This document shows, piece by piece, positions 51,681 through 64,000 of a DNA stretch of 64,000 nucleotides. The notes beneath the pieces are model-generated. The model saw only the letters and a list, made by a program, of their open reading frames with translations, was not told where the DNA came from and ran no database searches. Location: positions 30,380,001-30,444,000 of the forward strand of contig OX597815.1 in NCBI GenBank assembly GCA_951406725.2, written 5' to 3'. A program made the position numbers and the translations under genes. The stretch's first letter is position 1. The number at the start of each line of letters is the position of its first letter. The DNA is from Octopus vulgaris (lineage: Eukaryota).

Positions 51681-52205
51681 GCACAAGCACTAATTTAACG
51701 TGGATAGTATCTGAATTTTGTGAATGGGTAGAGCTGAAGCATTTTCTGGTTTCTGAAAGGGAAACACCGGTTTATAAATACTAGATATTAAACGGTGATA
51801 TTATTACTGAGAAACAGTAACTCGTGATCATCAGATATTCTAAGGCCTGAAATGGGTATGTTCTGTGCATGCGTTTAGTTTGTGCTGTTCATGTGAATAT
51901 TCAGTACATAGCATGCGAGCTATAAAAAAGTTATGTCTATATGTAAAAGTTAGTGTATGTTAATCGATATGGATTTCCAGATAATTTTTGGACAGTGAAA
52001 ACGGCAAAGTCTCGCGGCTCATGAACATACTTCATATTATGTAAATACGTGTACATTAATGTATATATATATATAGAGAGATTTTATATATCTTTATATT
52101 TCATATCTTATGCATTATTTGTGAAGGAATGTGTCCCCCTGCGTACTTATGTAAGTTTATATATCATGTGCATGAATACTTACATATCTACATACACACA
52201 CGTAT

Positions 52206-52265
<60 letters not shown>

Positions 52266-53479
52266 GGAAAGAGACAGAAACAAAGAAAGAGATGTGAGTA
52301 ACAGGGTATTGGTACATGTAGATAAATGACTGCAGGTGTAGATAGTTGATAGGTAAATACATGTACTCTAATATACCTGTACAATAAATGCTATCCTAAG
52401 AGAGCTCCAAGGTAGCCATTTTAAAAATAAATTATTGCATTGCATTGCCAAGATATCCCAAAGTAATTTTCTCCGCTTCTTCTTCACACATATATGTGCA
52501 TATAGACACAAATACACAAACACTTACAGCGTTTGTACGTCTGACTCACGTATATACAAATACGTATTTACATCCAATATAGGCATGTTATACAAAACAT
52601 ACATGCGCATACACATCCAGAAATATACACCTGTACATATATATTCACCACATGCACAGGGTCTCTAGATATGCGTACAAAAACATAGTCACGGATATCC
52701 ATTTACATATAAGCACTTACAGCCGTACACATCTACACATGTACTTGGACGCAATCACAAACTTTCACATGCACATACGCACAAACACACGCAAATACAA
52801 ACATACATACACACAGACACACACACACGCACATACACACACACACTCAGATACACGCACTCACACATTCATACGCACAACACATGCACATACGTACATA
52901 CAGACACACTCTTGCAAATACACATATATACACAATGCACATGCAGCAGCCATGCACATATACATATTCACACACACACACACACATTCCCACACACATC
53001 TGAGCGCGAGCTCAAACACACGCAAATCCACAGTTGAAGAGAAAGTAGAGCAACACACAGCGCTGGAAAAAGAAAAAAAATTGGCTGAATGTCATCACGT
53101 GACCTGAAACCCCTTCAGGAAGCACTGTTCCAATAGTTAAGTGACTGACATCCAATTTCTATCTGAAGTAGACTGGGGCTAGAAGAATTAAGTGTTTTAA
53201 CTAGGTGACACAATACAGTCCCGGCAGCGGGGTGTGAACTTGTGACCTACAGGCCGCGACCTCATCATTTTATCCTTTCGGCCAGTCAAGGATAATAATG
53301 ATAAAAATGGCGCCGGTGTTGGTATTGGTGTTGCTGTTGTTGTTGATGCTGATGTTGATGTTGGTGTTGGTATTGTTGGCGTCAATTTCTGTATTCATTG
53401 TATGCTGTGATTATCCTGCAGATGACGCTTGGCAGAGACTTGCTTTGAGTAATTGTCGAAAGATGTAAAGGGGAATGTC

Positions 53480-53839
53480 AATGATGATGATGATGATGAT
53501 GATGATGCTGATGACGATAATGATGTCGATGATGATGATGATGTACAAGAAAATGATGGTGGTGTTGGTGCAGGTAGTGATGAGCGTAATGAAGATGATA
53601 GCGGCAGCGGGGTTGATGGTGTCCTTACTACTTCTACTGTGTAGCATGATGATGATGATGATAATGATGTTGATGATGATGATGATGATGGTTGTGGTGG
53701 TGCTGATGAAGATAATGATGATGATGATGGTGGTTGTGGTGGTGGTGATGATGATGATTATGATGGTGTTGAAGATGATGAGGATGAAAATGATGAAGAT
53801 GATGATGAGGATGAAAATGATGATGAAGATGATGATGAA

Positions 53840-53898
<59 letters not shown>

Positions 53899-54365
53899 CG
53901 ACGATGATGAAGAGATTATAAAAGAGAAAGGTTTTATATAATACTAATTGCGAGAAAATTGCCAACAATATGACGTTAGATGTTGTACTACTGGTTGCAT
54001 TCTTCCTAATTAATGGTAATTAAGATGCTGCTGCTGCTGATTAGGATGATGACGATTATGATGACTATGGTTTATGATATTAGAGGTGGTGGCGATGATG
54101 ATCTTGACTATGATATTGGTGGTGGTAGGGTGTCATGGTTACGATAATGACTATGATGACTATGATGATGACGATGATGATGACAGTGATGATGATAATG
54201 ACGACGATGATAATGATGGTGATGACGATGATAATGATGGTGATTATGATTATGAAGATGGTGATGATAATGATGATGGCGTTGATGATGATGATGATGA
54301 GGAGGAGGAAGAGGAAGATGACGATGATGATGAAAATGATGGTGATGAAGAAGTTGATGCTGTAC
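53480..54365. repeat. Imperfect (GAT)n trinucleotide fields
   Basis: 53480-53912 and 54045-54360; open in several frames as poly-D, poly-M or poly-I. Confidence 0.92.
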
Positions 54366-54989
54366 AAAAGGAGTAAATGATAAATGTTGCCCTCTGGTGT
54401 CGGATTAAATGCGACATAGTTATATCTACTTCCGACTCCTCGCAACCTGAGTTCATGTACAACATGCAGCTATGAGGCCATTCCTTCCTCATTGCACGCT
54501 AAAATATATGTTTTGATGATGGTATTGAAGATAATAGTTTTTAAATTGCGTTCCTAAGGCAACTTTCATATAGCAGGTATGTACCCCCCCCACCCGACAT
54601 TCCAGCCACAACCATCGCGCCCAGAACCAAATTATCTAATATTTACTACTAATTTTTAGACTGTGTATAAGGATTTGGTTATTTCTAGCAAGTTGAGTGA
54701 CCAAGTAGATTCACCTGTGTTAGTTATTTTGTTGCTTGAGGTCTTTATGATTGCTATGTTGTTGCTAGCACCAGTGCAAACCTGATCGGGCAGACTTATG
54801 ATCAAAGACATTCCAGCATTGACCATCCTTGTCTTCTTGTAAGTCAATTACTAAATACTCCGGACGATACTTAAGATTATTATTAAAACGATAAGGTGTA
54901 ATTTAAGGAGACTTGACTATTTCTAGCAGGGCGAGTGAGAATGCATGCAGACTTCGCGCGAGGGATGAAATATCATTTGTGATTACACT

Positions 54990-54998
54990 CAGCAGTAA

Positions 54999-55085
<87 letters not shown>

Positions 55086-55111
55086 CAGTAGTAGTAGTAG
55101 AAGAAGTAGTA

Positions 55112-55148
<37 letters not shown>

Positions 55149-55262
55149 CAATAGTAGTATGAAGAAGATGAAGATGACGATGAGGCTGAGGAGGATGGGG
55201 AGCAGCGGTAGCAGCAGCAGCAGCAGTAATAACGAAGGAATTGTTGTTGTTGTTGTTGATAT
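54990..55262. repeat. (AGT)n with (AGC)n/(GTT)n extensions
   Basis: Directly visible. Confidence 0.95.
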
Positions 55263-55366
55263 GATTATAATGGTGTCAGGTGAGGAGGTGCCAATACCCA
55301 TCACTTTTTGTGCAGCCACCTCTCCTCCGTTAACAATCTCCCGATTGCTGTTCGTTTTGAAAATTT

Positions 55367-55594
55367 ATATATTTCTTTACTACCCACAAGGGGCTAAACA
55401 CAGAGGGGACAAACAAGGATAGACAAACGGATTAAGTCGATTACATCGACCCCAGTGCGTAACTGGTACTTAATTCATCGACCCCGAAAGGATGAAAGGC
55501 AAAGTCGACCTCGGCGGAATTTGAACTCAGAATGTAACGGCAGACGAAATACGGCTACGCATTTCGCCCGGCGCGCTAACGATTCTGCTAGCTC
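55367..55594 (-). mobile_element. SINE family A, near full length
   Basis: atttctttactacccacaagggg...gattctgctagctcg. Confidence 0.92.
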
Positions 55595-55859
55595 GAGGTC
55601 AATAAATGGTTGGCGTGGGGAGATTTCTAAAGGATCGCAATCAGTTCGAGGAAGAAAGAAGGAATTAAATAACGTAGAGCTTGAGAGGTTTGATACAGCA
55701 AGTGACAAGTGCCCAGTCGTAGAGTTCGAAAGAGCAGCGACCGTTGACGTAGTGGTGGAAAACACAGTGAGCCACTTTTTAACGGTTGTATCCTGCTGCT
55801 GGTGAGATTAAATCATGGCCTGTTAGTCGAATGAATATTGTATAAGGTACATATGTATT

Positions 55860-56272
55860 ACTCTTTTACTCTTTTACTCTTTTACTTGTTTCAGTCATTT
55901 GACTGCGGCCATGCTGGAGCACCGCCTTTAGTCGAGAGCAAATCGACCCCGGGACTTATTCTTTGTAAGCCCAGTACTTATTCTATCGGGCTCTTTTGCC
56001 GAACCGCTAAGTGACGGGGACGTAAACACACCAGCATCGGTTGTCAAGCAATGCTAGGGGGACAAACACAGACACACAAACACACACACATATATATATA
56101 CATATATACGGCAGGCTTCTTTCAGTTTCCGTCTACCAAGTCCACTCACAAGGCATTGGTCGGCCCGGGGCTATAGCAGAAGACACTTGCCCAAGATGCC
56201 ACGCAGTGGGCCTGAACCCGGAACCACGTGGTTGGTTAGCAAGCTACTTACCACACAGCCAGTCCTGCGCCT
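55860..56272 (-). mobile_element. SINE family B, full length, young
   Basis: (CTCTTTTA)3 tail, internal (CA)/(TA) microsatellite, acttgcccaag CORE-like block, head ccacacagccagtcctgcgcct. Confidence 0.93.
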
Positions 56273-56286
56273 ATGTATATATATGT

Positions 56287-56325
<39 letters not shown>

Positions 56326-56836
56326 GTCGTCGTCGTCGTCGTCGTCGTCGTCATCATCAGCAGCAGTAGCAGCAGCAACAACAACAACAGTAGCAATAGC
56401 AGCAGCAACAATATTATCCTATCTATTTACAAGCAGTATTCCAGTCGATCAAAAAAACACATCAATGCTCGAAATATTTCCTGTATCGAATGGGGAGTCT
56501 TAATTATTATTATTATGGGGGTTTAGATGATGTTGAAAATGACGTTAGTAGAAGCTGATGATGGTGATGATGATAATGACGACGAAGACGACGGCGTCAA
56601 TGATGATGATGATGATGATGATGACGATGATGACGACGATGATGATGATGACGATGATGATGATGATGATGATGACGATGATGACGACGATGATGATGAC
56701 GATGATGATGATGTTGATAACGACGACAACGACGACGATGATGATGATGATGATGACGATGATGATGATGATGATGAAGATGATGGTGATGATGATGATG
56801 ATGATGATGAAAATAACGATAACGATGACAATGATA
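56287..56836. repeat. (CAT/CGT/CAG/CAA)n and (GAT/GAC)n trinucleotide fields
   Basis: Directly visible. Confidence 0.93.
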
Positions 56837-57674
56837 GCGGAATTGTTAATCGGCTATCTAATAATTAGGTACGGCAATCATCAAGGTACGGCAAAACAAG
56901 GGTACGGTAACTAAACATAGACTTGTATCTAACTACCGTTAGTCTTTGAACGAGTGTACAACGACCATGACACCGAGCGAAAAAGAAATTGCTGATGTCG
57001 GCACTGAAATAGTCCTTTGGTTGTTTTTTATTTCTAATCTAACATTTATGCCAAATTTTCTAAAGCATGAACCTTTTCAAATCTTGCATCTCTAACAAAG
57101 AAGTAAATATCTTCAACACTTCGATCTCCAGCCTTTAAGCTCTTTAGAGTTGGTTCTGACTTTTTCCTGGAAAAAAAAGAAAAGGTAAAGAAGAGTGAAG
57201 AAAACAGACATTTACTTTTACAGAAACCAAGATATTAAAGACGAAAATATCAGGAATGATTTTAGATTATTATTTTTTTATTTTCTTTTTAATACTAGTT
57301 TATTTCCTATTATTATTGATTTCTGTTTTATCTTATAACGTTTTATTACTTTGATGAATTATTCATAGATATTCGAACTCATTAACTTCACAAAAACCGC
57401 CACTTTTCTCACAGATCGCTACCTTGCTTCGTTTGTTGCGGTCAATATAAATACATGTATGCATACGTACTACATATGTGTGCGTGTATGTAACTCTGTG
57501 TGTATATATGTGTAGCCATATACACACATATATATACATATATATAGAGAAATGTGTCTGTATACGAGTGTGTTTTGTATGCATACTCTTGCACTCATAT
57601 AATACATACATTCATTCATACACACACACACATGCACACACAGCCACACACACGCACACACACACACACACGTA

Positions 57675-57745
<71 letters not shown>

Positions 57746-58159
57746 TGGGATAAATGTATATGTAGAAATGTGAATATTCATATATGTGAGAATGGGTATA
57801 GATTTCGTAGCCACGTACACGTATACAAATATACATCAAAAAGAAATAAATGCTATAACTTCAAATGAAATATCACAACCCTTATCTTGGGCGCCTAAAA
57901 TTAATAAATTGGACAATAGTATGAACTGATTTGGTGCCAATATCAAGATATATAATTATATACATAATACGCATTACAGACATTCTGAGACGCACACATT
58001 GCTGCTGAAATATAGGATTTCTGAGCAATCACATGCACGTGAATCACTAGTGTTCCACTCAACCTGTGCGAGATTCAGCAGTTCGAATCCTTTCATTATA
58101 TAAAGGAACATGTGTAACACCGACACAATATATTTGAATTTATACATGCATCATTGACG

Positions 58160-58417
58160 TGCAGGAAATAGAGAAATTCGCAAAAAATATTACTAAATAT
58201 TTGGAAAAAATGATACCTAGAATACGACGATTGAAAGCAGAAATTTCTGAAATGACAAACTTGAGAGTATTGACAACATTGTTACCGGTTGCTTAGTCCT
58301 TACCTCTACAGAATATAAATCCAGGCATAATCAAGTTGGCCAATACTTGCGCTGGAGCGTATGTCATCACTATCATATCCCGCAACCTAAAAACTGATAC
58401 GAACACCATTTAGAGCC
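58160..58417 (+). repeat. Two-piece local duplication of downstream R4-like remnants
   Basis: 58160-58244 matches 61747-61811 plus 61964-61983; 58245-58417 matches 60159-60331. Confidence 0.88.
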
Positions 58418-58816
58418 GTCGAAAGCATTCTTCGAGGATATCATGCTAATCTTGTTTCCTTCAACAGTTCAGGCCTAGTTGCTGCTCATGTTATGTGGAA
58501 TAAATCGTATACCATCCACATATGAACAAACCACAGCTTGGATATTCAATGTGGCCATACATACTACGGCCTAGCCATCAATGGTGACCTCCCGTTGCGA
58601 ACAGACTCTTTAAAAATAGCAAAAGCAGAATTACAAAAACTGGCATTTCTCTTCAGAAATAGAAAATATTTAACTTTCAATAATTTCTAATAAATTTCAA
58701 AGCGCAAGTAACATCTTCAATGGTACACTGCTCCAGCATCTAAGCACGGTGCTGCTGCTACACATAGAGACATTCGAGGCTGCATCCGAAGAAAGGCCAC
58801 TCCACTGTTTAAGTTC

Positions 58817-59108
58817 AGAGGAATTCCTTGGTGTTTGAATAATTCACCTCTGGAAACATGGGTGCTGCGTCCATCATCTTAAACCTTATTCAGGGACCTT
58901 TGAGGGGGATGGGCTACTCGACCACAAAAAATTCTAACTGCGAGGTCATGCTTGTTTATCTTGGTTTGAGATCACTATATCACGCAGATATGGTTGTGAT
59001 GCATGTACTTGGTGTACGCTTATCACACGGGTAGACATGATGGGTATATGGGGCTTCGTATATTTGTACCCCATTGTCACTTTAATAGCATACACTACTC
59101 TCTCACTC
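58817..59108 (+). mobile_element. Family C element, 5'-truncated and diverged
   Basis: Colinear with the 3' half of 60714-61253; ends ctctctcactc-aatgataat. Confidence 0.82.
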
Positions 59109-59117
59109 AATGATAAT

Positions 59118-59577
59118 AGTCACCAAGAATGAAAATTGCAAAATCCTGACGGGTGGAATGATTCAGTGCGAGTACCTGACCAGTCATCGGAAACCGGATA
59201 CTGTTGTGGTGAAAAAAAAAAAGAGCATGCATGATAATCGACATAGCATGTCTCGGTGACAACAGGATCAAAGAGAAAGAAGAAGAAAAACTGGGCAACT
59301 ATGACAATTTTCAGTAGGAAATACGAAGGTTGTGGTCAATGAGGAGAGTAGATGTGATACCAAAATTAATTGGCGCACTTGGAAGTATCAGCACTCAACT
59401 GCCGACATGGTTAAAAAAGATTGGTAGAACAGCTACAAAAATTAGCATTGGAACTACAATAATTCTTTGCAGGGTTCTTGAAGCATAAACAGTAAACAAA
59501 TGTCACATTAGTCATCTGGCTGTGGACAGCTGGCAATTTCCATCAGAGCTTTCATCAAATGATAATAATAATAATCT
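59118..59577 (+). pseudogene. R4/Dong-like REL endonuclease 3' remnant with (AAT)n tail
   Basis: HRKPDTVVV...CMIIDIACLGDNRIKEKEEEKLGNY...EIRRLW...VIPKLIGALG. Confidence 0.85.
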
Positions 59578-59579
59578 GA

Positions 59580-60460
59580 GTGGAATCTAAGAGAAATCCA
59601 GTATAAAAATCAGGAAAATGTTGACACTACACAGGTTGCATCACTCAAAGTCAGACGTCCACAGGCGCTATCTCCCAAGAAAGGGAAGTGCCAGAGGCCT
59701 AACCCAGCTTGAAACGTCCTATAAAATGACCACGATAGGACTCCAAGTGTACATCCAAAGTACGACCGACTGGATGATACAGCTGTTAAGGCAGCATGAA
59801 CAGATTAAGAAACCGCACTCAATATCAAAGGGGGCATATAGATAAACGAGAACTTAGCTTGCCTGTTTATGTTGATGATAAGGATAACACGCCACCCACT
59901 AAGGCAGCAACAAAGTGTAAAAGCCAAAGAAGAAAGCTTGAAGGTAATATTGAGACTGCAACAAGAAAAACCATTGCATTAGCGATACCCAAAACGAGTT
60001 GGGGAAGCTGATGTAGATATGAGAAGAACTCATCAGTGGCTGCAGAGTGTTGGTTTGAAAGTCGAAACAAAGATTTATCCTAGCGGCCCAAGGTTAGCGT
60101 CTCCTCACTCGGAACTATTAAGCTAATGTCGTACACAATGAGGTAGACACAGTGTTGATTCTGAAATGACAAACTTGAGAGTATTGACCACATTGTTGCC
60201 CGTTGCTCAGTCCTTACTTCTACAGAATATAAATCCAGGCATAATCAAGTTGGCCAATACTTGCGCTGGAGCGTATGTCATCACTATCATATCCCGCAAC
60301 CTAAAAACTGATACGAACACCATCCAGAGCCAGTCACTGAGGGAGAGAACGTCACCAACCTATGGGATCATGGGATACATACAGATAGGCAAGTAAAGGA
60401 TAACTGACCAGTCATCGTCGTCAATGACCTAAGACAAAAGACATGCCCATTAATTGATAT
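59580..60460 (+). pseudogene. R4/Dong-like remnant (post-RT region to start of REL)
   Basis: LHHSKSDVHRRYLPRKGSARGL, WLQSVGLKVET, ESIDHIVARCSVLTSTEYKSRHNQV, *YEHHPEPV, LWDHGIHTDR. Confidence 0.85.
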
Positions 60461-60496
60461 TATCGGAAAACAACAACGACGACGACGACGACGATG

Positions 60497-60563
<67 letters not shown>

Positions 60564-60651
60564 TAATAATAATAATAATCCTACGCAAAATACTTTCTAT
60601 TATCGGAAAACAACAACGACGACGACGACGACGACGACGACGATGATGATG

Positions 60652-60713
<62 letters not shown>

Positions 60714-60718
<5 letters not shown>

Positions 60719-61253
60719 CCCTGATGCAGTACCAGGCAGTGGCTCTCATGGCTGCTGATCTTAACTGATTGGAAGTGTTATCATGTACATTGTTTTGTCT
60801 TGGGATAAAATATGGGCTACAGCAAATATTCTGCTCAATACCACAGATTTGCTTGTCAGTTGTTTGACCCTAACCTTAGTGGCTGACGATATGTGCATCT
60901 CTGATCATGAGCAGAAGTAGTGGGGGAGCATCATAGCATGTGTTGAGAGAGATTATTTGGGGTTTGACTAATTCATCTCTGGAAACATGTGTGTTTCGTT
61001 CAACATCCTTAAACAACCCTTATTCAGGGACCTTTTGAGCCGTATGGTTTACTCGACCAGAAGAAATTCTAACTGGGCCCCACATACAAGATCATGTGCT
61101 GTTTATCTTGATATGAGATCACCAAGTCGCACACATTTGGTTGTGATGCATGTGCCTGGTGTACTCTTATCAGACGGGTAGTCATGATGGGTATACTGAG
61201 CTTTGCATATTTTAACCCCAGTGTCACTTTGATGGCATGCACTGCTCTCCCTC
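60714..61253 (+). mobile_element. Family C non-coding element, longest copy (~540 bp), (AAT)n on both sides
   Basis: Four homologous copies in the window; no tRNA A/B boxes and no recognisable ORF. Confidence 0.85.
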
Positions 61254-61352
<99 letters not shown>

Positions 61353-61365
61353 AAGAAGAATAAGA

Positions 61366-61455
<90 letters not shown>

Positions 61456-61535
61456 GAAGAAGAAGAAGAAGAAGAAGGATGACGATGATGATGACGATGA
61501 TGATGATGATGATGATGATGACGATGACGACGACG
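61254..61535. repeat. (AAT)n-(AAG)n-(GAT/GAC)n
   Basis: Directly visible. Confidence 0.96.
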
Positions 61536-61649
61536 AACGTTTTAGTAGTAACTAGAAACGTCATCCAGGAGTCGACAAAGGAACTTGACAGATTTCGACT
61601 CACTGTGCTATACGGGAGTACCATGGCGAGAGCTCACCTTCCTCCGTAA

Positions 61650-62110
61650 TATTCAGCATACATCCACAATAATCGTTGCTGCCAAACAAGAAGGGGAAAG
61701 TAAATCCCCTTGATCGAAGCGTCGATCCCATAAGGTGATACCGTGTTGCAGGAAATAGGGAAATTCGCAAAAAATATTATTAAATATTTGGAAAAAATGA
61801 TAACTAGAATAGGCGGCTCGGCAAAAGAGACCGATAGAATAAGTACTGGGCTTACAAAGAATAAGTCCTGGGGTCGATTTGCTCGACTAAAGGCGGTGCT
61901 CCAGCATGGCCGCAGTCAAATGACTGAAACAAGTAAAAGAGTAAAGAGTAAAAGAGTAGAATACGACGATTGAAAGCAGAAATAATCTTAATAATATTAG
62001 GTCTCTTGGGTATGATTTGGAAGTATTCAGGAAAGTACATGAAAAAAATCTGAAGACGAAATAATATGCATACCATGCAGGAAATAGCACGGCTCGGCAT
62101 TGCACCCGCA
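61650..62110 (+). pseudogene. Decayed R4-like REL C-terminal remnant
   Basis: LIEASIP*, LQEIGKFAK, ITRI|RRLKAEIILIILGLLGMI, resembling ID.SIP.D...EITRMW.LK...IP..VGALG. Confidence 0.6.
61812..61956 (+). mobile_element. 5'-truncated SINE family B with TSD
   Basis: TSD tagaata at 61805-61811 and 61957-61963; the empty site is preserved at about 58218-58224. Confidence 0.92.
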
Positions 62111-62163
62111 CAAATTCAGAAACACACACGAGCACAAACACAAAAGTAGACAGATAGATAGAG

Positions 62164-62204
<41 letters not shown>

Positions 62205-62541
62205 GAAAGTGAAAATGAGAGAGGGGGTGCAGTAGTCGAAAGAAATGTATATGCATATATTTTAGATGATTAGAGTTGCAATTATCGTTCTGTCAGACAG
62301 TCGGAAACCCTCCCGTATTTGCTAGATCGATACACTTCATGCTCAGCTTAAATTCTGTGGATCGATATTTGTGAAAGAACAAGAAAATAGGGAGTTACAT
62401 GGGACTGTATTCCTTGGGCGTATTGATTGAAAAATATATATATTAGGGTTTACTATCGCAGTGGGTTTCAGAATATTAGTTTGCAACTAAGAGTTTTCAG
62501 ATTCAATCTCATTATGTGGCACTTCTAGCATAGCCTTGTGT

Positions 62542-62588
62542 CGGAAAATCTGTCGACGGAAAATCTGTCGACGGAAAATCTGTCGACG
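62542..62588. repeat. Perfect 15-bp tandem repeat x3 (cggaaaatctgtcga)
   Basis: Directly visible. Confidence 0.95.
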
Positions 62589-63329
62589 ACCATAGGAGGT
62601 TGATATAGTCCGATGTATTTCAACTCTCTATATGATCATTCAGTGCCTTTATTTGAAAGTATTTGGATCAAATCCGCAGGGCAAAAATCTAAAAATCCTA
62701 CATGACGTTTTCTATTTTTTGCCATATGTTTTGATGTAAGGTTAAAATCTAATTGTCTATTAGATATTTAGAAATAACAAATTTATTTTATATTACCGTA
62801 TTGCATGGGAAAGATGAAATAATATCTCATAATTTCATATTTTTTATTCACCAAAATGTTTTTTTTATGATAGAGTCATCTTTAAAAAAAAACAAGCGAC
62901 AAATGACTGTAATTTATTTGACAATGGATTAATATCCAACCACATATCAGTGGAGCTACAGATATTTCTTTTTGCTTTTTTTATGTTTTGGAAAGTGTTA
63001 TCTGAATTTCGTCAAACAGGTAGATATAAATCTCATGACAGAACCGCCATGAGATTTATATATATATATTGCGTTCTTCACCCACATTAACATCTAACAG
63101 TGCCATACAATTGTAGTCTCCAGTTATAGTAAAATGCAAAATTACAACAGCAACGATAACAGAGCTTGATTTATGCCAAACGAAAAGACAAATAATTAGC
63201 GGCTATAACAGAATATCATGGGGGATCCTATACATAAAAGTTAGACTGGCTTGAAGTGTTGTTTAGAGGCAACACAGCCATTTAGCAATTTGCTTCGAAT
63301 GCCTCTTTCAACCGTCATCCATCAAACTC

Positions 63330-63744
63330 AAGTTAAGTTAAGTTAAGTTAAGTTAATTTTTTGGCTCAAAAAGCAAAAAGCAAGGCCATGTAGGGGGACA
63401 TGGAGTTATGTACAGGTTGGTGTTCATGCAAAGAGTTTAGGCCATTTGTGGTCAAGGGAGACTTTGAACCGAGCGGTCGTCTGCATCTTCACTATCTCGT
63501 CCGGCAGCTTATTCCACGGATCCGCAACCCGGACGGAGAAAGCCCCTCTCCTTCCATTGAGATGAAATCGTCGCAGATAGAGCTTTTCGGAGTGACCCCG
63601 CAACCGACGTTCTGGAGCAGGAGTGAAGAACAGCTCTTTCCAGAGTTTACACTTTCCGCTTATGATGTTGTGAGCAAGAATGAGATCACCACGGCGTCGT
63701 TGTTTTTTTAGAGAATAAAGGCCGAGCGTCTTCAGCCTTTCTTC
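63330..63744 (-). mobile_element. CR1-clade LINE 3' end, 5'-truncated, with (TTAAC)n tail
   Basis: Uninterrupted minus-strand frame 63744-63424: EERLKTLGLYSLKKQRRRGDLI...RLRGHSEKL...FSVRVADPWNKLP...FKVSLD. Confidence 0.92.
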
Positions 63745-64000
63745 AAGTTTCTAACCCTAGTATACAATTGCAAGTATCAAGCGATTCCTCACTATTACAA
63801 TATAAAGGACAGTTCTGGATAGTGTTAAGCTGGTATTTGGACAGTGCTCCAAGATGCAACGATAAAACCTAAAGCTTGGGTGGTTATTATGTTGCCTACA
63901 CGTATTATCATATAATTTTCACAATATTCCAACAAGTTTCAGTTACCTGATAATTTTAATTAGCATGAAAGACTGGCTTAGCTCTAATGATAAACTTGAT

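Noticed and set aside
53411-56914. Poly-D, poly-M, poly-I, poly-S and poly-L ORFs as acidic or biomineral proteins
   Set aside because: They are (GAT)n/(AGT)n/(CAT)n fields open in several frames and both strands, with no splice or domain context.
62542-62588. CRISPR-like array
   Set aside because: Contiguous tandem units without spacers, eukaryotic context, no cas genes.
63400-63711. 103-aa plus-strand ORF
   Set aside because: Antisense shadow of the CR1 ORF2 C-terminus on the minus strand.

Overview
AT-rich eukaryotic (animal) genomic DNA, either intergenic or deep intronic. No host protein-coding exon, tRNA/rRNA gene or CRISPR array can be supported. Most ORF-track entries are translations of microsatellites or SINEs; a minority are transposon remnants. 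The microsatellite load and the SINE families resemble coleoid cephalopod (Octopus-like) DNA, which is an inference from recalled repeat sequences, not a database result. The window is a dense set of decayed mobile elements: three tRNA-derived SINE families (called A, B and D here), an (AAT)n-embedded non-coding family (C), LINE remnants (RTE, CR1, R4/Dong-like with REL endonuclease), Penelope-like remnants with hammerhead ribozyme motifs, and DNA transposon remnants (mariner, Tigger/pogo, hAT-Buster, Merlin, a non-autonomous Helitron). Most notable: (1) a 1.16-kb TSD-flanked retro-insertion carrying only a zinc-knuckle ORF1-like frame with no RT (HAL1-like), nested in a SINE that is itself nested in a Merlin transposon; (2) a ~0.49-kb terminally redundant non-coding unit with a well-formed type I hammerhead (retrozyme-like); (3) a 680-bp inverted repeat with a hammerhead motif in each arm; (4) an RTE with twin-priming-like 5' inversion; (5) a co-oriented train of R4-like and family C elements separated by (AAT)n. 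Coordinates were counted by eye; edges of decayed elements are approximate.
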